Shown here: piece after piece, positions 23,107-28,274 of the stretch
Position numbering within the stretch: position 1 is the stretch's first letter
How the letters are laid out: each line of letters begins with the position of its first letter
Source: Eledone cirrhosa
Lineage: Eukaryota
Direction of reading: 5' to 3'
Assembly (NCBI GenBank): GCA_964016885.1
Contig: CAXHJY010000137.1
Coordinates: forward strand, 1 to 28,274
Length of the DNA stretch: 28,274 nt
Notes under the pieces: model-generated
What the model was told of the DNA's origin: nothing
What the model saw: the letters and a program-made list of their open reading frames with translations, nothing else
Databases searched by the model: none
Translations under genes and position numbers: made by a program

Positions 23107-25160
23107 AAAATCAACAATCTGAAATACTGTCAGCAGCAACACATCAACTTGACTGCCATTTCATCACTAGAGATTAAAAAACATAACCTCCAAAACAACA
23201 TAATGTCCCTCATCAACAATCAGAGAAGAGCTGAAGAGGCCTGGGCCATTGAGAAGATCAAACTCAATCCCAAAGTGTTCTTTTCATTTGCAAAAAAACA
23301 CAAAATCACTGGCTCTACTGTTGGCCCTCTAATTGATGAAAATGGCACTCTTCAAGACAATGCTAAAACCATGGGTGAGATACTGCAGAAACAATACTGC
23401 TCTGTTTTCAGCAATCCTGATATGGCCGATCTGGGCTGTATCGGCGATGTTACTCCCCATTACACCTTATCGGACATAACGTTTGGCGCCCCTGATGTCT
23501 TGGCGGCAATAAAGGAAATCAAGCATAATTCAGCAGTAGGTCCCGATAGGTTCCCTGCTTGTGTCTTGAAGGCGTGTCAACACCAACTTGCTTCTCCTCT
23601 TGCCAATCTGTGGCGGAACTCACTGGATGCTGGATATGTGCCAGAAAACCTTCTATCCCAGTCTGTTGTCCCCCAGTTTTCAAAAAGGGAAACAAATCCC
23701 TTGCCGTGAATTACCGTCCAATCTCACTCACCCTCTCATATCATTAAGGTATTTGAGCGAGTGGTGAGATCGCGAATGACCCACTTCCTTGAGAGTAACA
23801 ATATGCTGAACTCTAACCAGCATGGATTCCGTAATGGAAGGGATTGCCTGACGCAACTACTGCATCACTTTGATGACATTTTGAGAGCCTTGGGAGAGGG
23901 TTCCAACACTGATGTTATCTACCTTGATTTCAGCAAGGCCTTTGACAGGGTTGATCATAACATTCTACTGAGAAAGCTGTCCAATATTGGTGTCACTGGA
24001 AAGCTGCTGCAGTGGATCAAGAGCTTCCTGTCAAACAGAACCCAACATGTTGTAGTTGAGGGAGTCAAATCAAGCCCAGCCAAAGTCAGTAGTGGAGTCC
24101 CACAAGGCACTGTGTTGGGCCCACTTCTCTTCATCATCTATATTAATGACATCACTGACATCATCAAACACAGCAACATTAAAATTTTCGCTGATGATTC
24201 CAAGCTCCAAAAGGTCATCAATGGCGTGGATGACCGGATAAGCCTTCAGTCAGACCTACTGGCTGTTACCCAATGGGCAGAAAAGAACAACATGTTACTG
24301 AACGAAGACAAATTCGAACTGATCCACTTTGAAAAGAGGATGCTCTGAAACTCCCGTACTCCCTTCCCTCCGGGGAAACTCTCGTGGCATCTAACAACAT
24401 CAGAGACTTGGGAGTAACCGTGGACAGCAACATAAGCTGGACCACGCATATAAGCAGCAAAGTTGACATGGCCCGCAGAATGTGTTCCTGGATCCTCAGA
24501 ACCTTCCAGTCGAGAGATTCCCGCACCATTATCCTTCTCTTCTCTACTTTCGCCCGACCACACCTTGAATACTGTTGTCCACTGTGGTCTCCCCCACACG
24601 AAACAAAGTATCATGAAACTTGAAGCTCCTCAAAGGGCAATCACGAAAAAGATAGATGGCATGTCAGACCTTGACTACTGGGGTCGATTGGAAAACCTGA
24701 AACTTTACTCACTCCAACGTCGCCGTGAGCGTTATATTATCTGCATGATGTGGAAAATGTTCCATCATCACTGCCCAAATGATGTTGGCATCGCCTTCAA
24801 GATACACCCAAGGCTTGGGCCCCGTGCTATCCGTCCCATTCAAAAATCTAAATCGCAACTCATAACAACAATACGGCACAATTATTTCACCTCAATCGGC
24901 CCTGCTCTCTTCAACATCACACCAGGACACGTCAAAACAGAAACTGACCACACAAAATTCAAGAAGTCTTTGGACAAATTCCTCCAAGTAATCCCGGACA
25001 AACCACCCACACCCGGACATGTCTCCGCAAACAGTAATTCTCTTCTCGAATGGGCCATGGTGCCCAAATCCTGAATTGAAAGACTTCGCCAGGTGGTGCT
25101 ATTAAGTTAGACATGGCCTGGGCCAATACTGGCCAAAACATTTCAAAGTTCAAAGTTCAA

Positions 25161-25161
<1 letters not shown>
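23107..25161 (+). mobile_element. 5'-truncated CR1-group LINE (ORF2 RT, four frameshifts)
   Basis: NPKVFFSF, GPDRFP, NYRPISL, QHGFR, YLDFSKAFDRVDH, SGVPQGTVLGPLLF, FADD, LEYCCPLWSP, LYSLQRRRERY; stop at 25074; 3' tail (TTCAAAG)n; flanked by the same TA/CG array. Confidence 0.93.
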
Positions 25162-25164
<3 letters not shown>

Positions 25165-25191
<27 letters not shown>

Positions 25192-25220
25192 CGTATATAT
25201 ATATATATATATATATATAC

Positions 25221-25252
<32 letters not shown>

Positions 25253-25304
25253 GTATATATATATATATATATATATACGTATATATATATATATATATAT
25301 ATAC

Positions 25305-25338
<34 letters not shown>

Positions 25339-25408
25339 GTATATATATATATATATATATATACGTATATATATATATATATATACGTATATATATATAT
25401 ATATATAC

Positions 25409-25474
<66 letters not shown>

Positions 25475-25519
25475 CGTATATATATATATATACGTATATA
25501 TATATATATATATATATAC

Positions 25520-25558
<39 letters not shown>

Positions 25559-25607
25559 TATATAGATGTATATACGTATATATATATATATATATAGATA
25601 TATATAC

Positions 25608-25639
<32 letters not shown>

Positions 25640-25688
25640 GTATATATATATATATATATATACGTATATATATATATATATATATACG

Positions 25689-25740
<52 letters not shown>

Positions 25741-25754
25741 GTATATATATATAC

Positions 25755-25788
<34 letters not shown>

Positions 25789-25806
25789 GTATATATATAT
25801 ATATAC

Positions 25807-25838
<32 letters not shown>

Positions 25839-25877
25839 GTATATATATATATATACGTATATATATATATATATATA
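25165..25877. repeat. (TA)n microsatellite with CG interruptions
   Basis: Directly visible. Confidence 0.98.
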
Positions 25878-28274
25878 TACTCTTTTACTCTTTTACTCTT
25901 TTACCTGTTTCAGCCATCCGGCTGAGGCCATGCTGGGGCACCGCCCTTGCTGCTACACACTTTATCTCCAGCCTGTATAGGTTGGCCACTGGTGTAGGAG
26001 GGAGTTTGTTGCTGCTGCCCTTAGGTTCCCTCATGTCTTGCTGTGGGCTCATCGGGATCCTGGATAACAAGGTGTCGAGATGTTTCTTAAAGACATCCAC
26101 CTCCACGTCATGCAAGTCTCGCAGATGCCTCGGCAGCCTGTTGAAGAGTTGAGGGCCCTTGAATCCCAGGCTATTGCAATACCTGCTCCTTATTCTAGAT
26201 GTGGAAGACGGAACTTGGCACCACACAGTGACGTCCTGTTCGACGGTTGGTCCAGCTCCCAATGCCAAAGTTTGGTGCTAGTCCCTCCAGGATTTTCCAC
26301 ATGTAGATCACTGCGTATCTCTCCCGTCTTCGCTCCAAGGAGTAGAGGTTCAGTTCCTTCAGCCTCTCCCAGTAGCTTGTCTCCCTCATCTTGGCAATCC
26401 TCTGGTGTAGCTTCGCTGGATTGCCTCAAGCTCTGTGGTTAGTTTGACACTATGGGGTGACCACAGCTGGGAGCAGTAGTCCAGGCGGCTTAGGACAAAA
26501 GTCCTCCACAGTGTCAACATGGTGTCTCGATCTCTTGTAAGGAAAGTCCTCAAGATCCAGCCAGCGAATCGTCTACATGCTGTCGCCACCTTCATGATGT
26601 GTGAAGAAAAAGATGCATCATCGCTCATGTCTATGCCCAGGTCTCGTATCGATTTTGACACGGGGATATCGGTCCCTCCTGGTCCTGTGTAGCTGTGTTC
26701 CGCTATATTTGTGTTTGTGTTTGCAGGTTTGTATTGTAGGGCTTGGAATTTGCCAGCATTAAACTGCATGTTGTTTTCTTCCGCCCATCTGTATATGGCA
26801 TCCAGATCCTGCTGTAAGAGGGCAGTGTCAGCCGGGTTTTTTGATTGCCTGTGCTACCTTAGTGTCATCAGCATAGCTAGTGAGGGATGTTGTTGCATGC
26901 ACCACAGAGGGCATGTCCGAGAGAGCCACCAAAAACAGTAGTGGTCCCAGGACTGTCCCCTGAGGCACCCCACTTGTTATCGGTGTTTCCCTCGAGAGAG
27001 CCCCATTTGCTGCGACTGCCTGGCTTCTGTCCCTCAGGAAGCCATGCAGCCACTCACCTACTTTTCCAGTTATGCCGAGTCCGTGTAGTTTGTGACATAT
27101 CATTCCGTGGTCGACCTTGTCAAAGGCCTTCGCAAAGTCAAGATATATCACGTCTACATGTGAGCTGTCTAGTAGCTGTCTCAGTACCCAGTCGTAGTGA
27201 TGTAGCAGCTGTGTAAGGCAGCTTCTTCTGGGCTGAAGCCATGTTGCGTGCTAGTCAGGCGGTCATTTTCTTCGAGGAAAGTGATTAGTTTCTTTCTGAC
27301 GACTCGCTCCATGACCTTACTGATATGCGACGTCAGGGAGACTGGCCCTATAGTTCTTGGCCTCCGCTCTACTACCTCCTTTATGGATAGGGCATATTGT
27401 GCCTTCTTTCAGCTCCCTGGGTAGTACACCGCTAGCCAAGGAGCTTCTGAAGAGCATCTTCAGTGGAGTTGCTAAGGCCCGCTTACATATTTTTAGGAGA
27501 ACTGCTGGGAATCCATCAGGTCCAGCAGCCGAGTCTGTTCTAATTTCATCAATGGCGTACACCACATCCTCCTCCGTTATGTCTATGTGGTTGATGGTTG
27601 CCATTTCTTGATGTAGTGTTGTGGCATCAAAGAACTCCTCTGGCTTCGTTATTTGCATGTGCCTCAGTGGACATGTGAAGACACTTTTGTACTGTTCATT
27701 CAGTATTTCACATATCTCTTGGGGATTTTCGGTTAATGAACCGTCCGTGTGGAAGAGTGGTCCAATCTTGCAGTGTACTGAGGCAGTTTCTTTTGCAAAT
27801 TTAAAGAAGGCCTTAGGGTTTGTTTTAATGTTTTCTATGGCCCTGTTCTCTTTCCTTGCCCTCTCATTCTCATGTGAAAGCTTGAGTGCAATCTCGGTGT
27901 CAAGTAGTGCACGTTTCAAATAGGATTCCTTCTTGTTTTGGTTTTGTTGACTATTCAACTGGTTTGAGAGTTTAGTTCTACGTCTCATAAGGATTTTCCT
28001 ATCTCTGGGAATAAGATTTTTGTGTCTGTTTGCCTCTTTCTCCGGGACACACTTTTTGCATATGGTGTGTATCGTTGTCATGAAGTGTTGAAATTGTGTG
28101 TTAGTGTCTTGTGTGGCGATGTTTGCACTCCATGTTTGCTTCCGGATTTCACTCTTAATCTTCTTCCAGTCAGCCCCGTAGAAGTTAAGGCTGGATAGCG
28201 TCCCGGAGCTTCTTGGTGGTTTTGTCTCTGTTGGTTCTCTTGGACCACATATCATTAGCTCTACCAAGTTATGA
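25878..28274 (-). mobile_element. Second CR1-group LINE (frameshifted ORF2), continuing past the window edge
   Basis: NPKAFFKF, AAGPDGFP, YLDFAKAFDKVDH, SGVPQGTVLGPLLF, YADD, LDYCSQLWSP, LYSLERRRERY; tail (GTAAAAGA)n. The window ends at HNLVEL, probably the end of the APE domain. Confidence 0.93.

Noticed and set aside
23119-23135. GAAATACTGTCAGC resembling a hammerhead 3' half
   Set aside because: Lies in the LINE ORF2 reading frame with no upstream CTGANGA.

Overview
Animal (non-prokaryotic) intergenic or intronic DNA. The (TA)n richness and the SINE/LINE families look cephalopod-like (Octopus), which is an inference from remembered repeats. Roughly 10 kb is variant (TA)n microsatellite, so the long Y/I/M/C 'ORFs' are artefacts, and most of the rest is retroelements inserted into or next to those arrays. 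Contents: (1) a near full-length Penelope-like element (PLE; RT + GIY-YIG, identical pseudo-LTRs, Asn-rich insert) at 1-4513. (2) A 5'-truncated PLE of another clade (Hydra-like) at ~10708-14260, with a 312-bp inverted pLTR, variant hammerhead ribozymes and an unexplained GC-rich 3' segment. (3) Several small islands with hammerhead motifs and/or asymmetric inverted repeats that look like miniature PLE insertions. (4) A bipartite non-autonomous RTE-like element with a C2H2 finger remnant. (5) A non-autonomous Helitron. (6) Eight tRNA-derived SINE copies or fragments. (7) Two tail-to-tail CR1-group LINEs. No host gene can be called with confidence.
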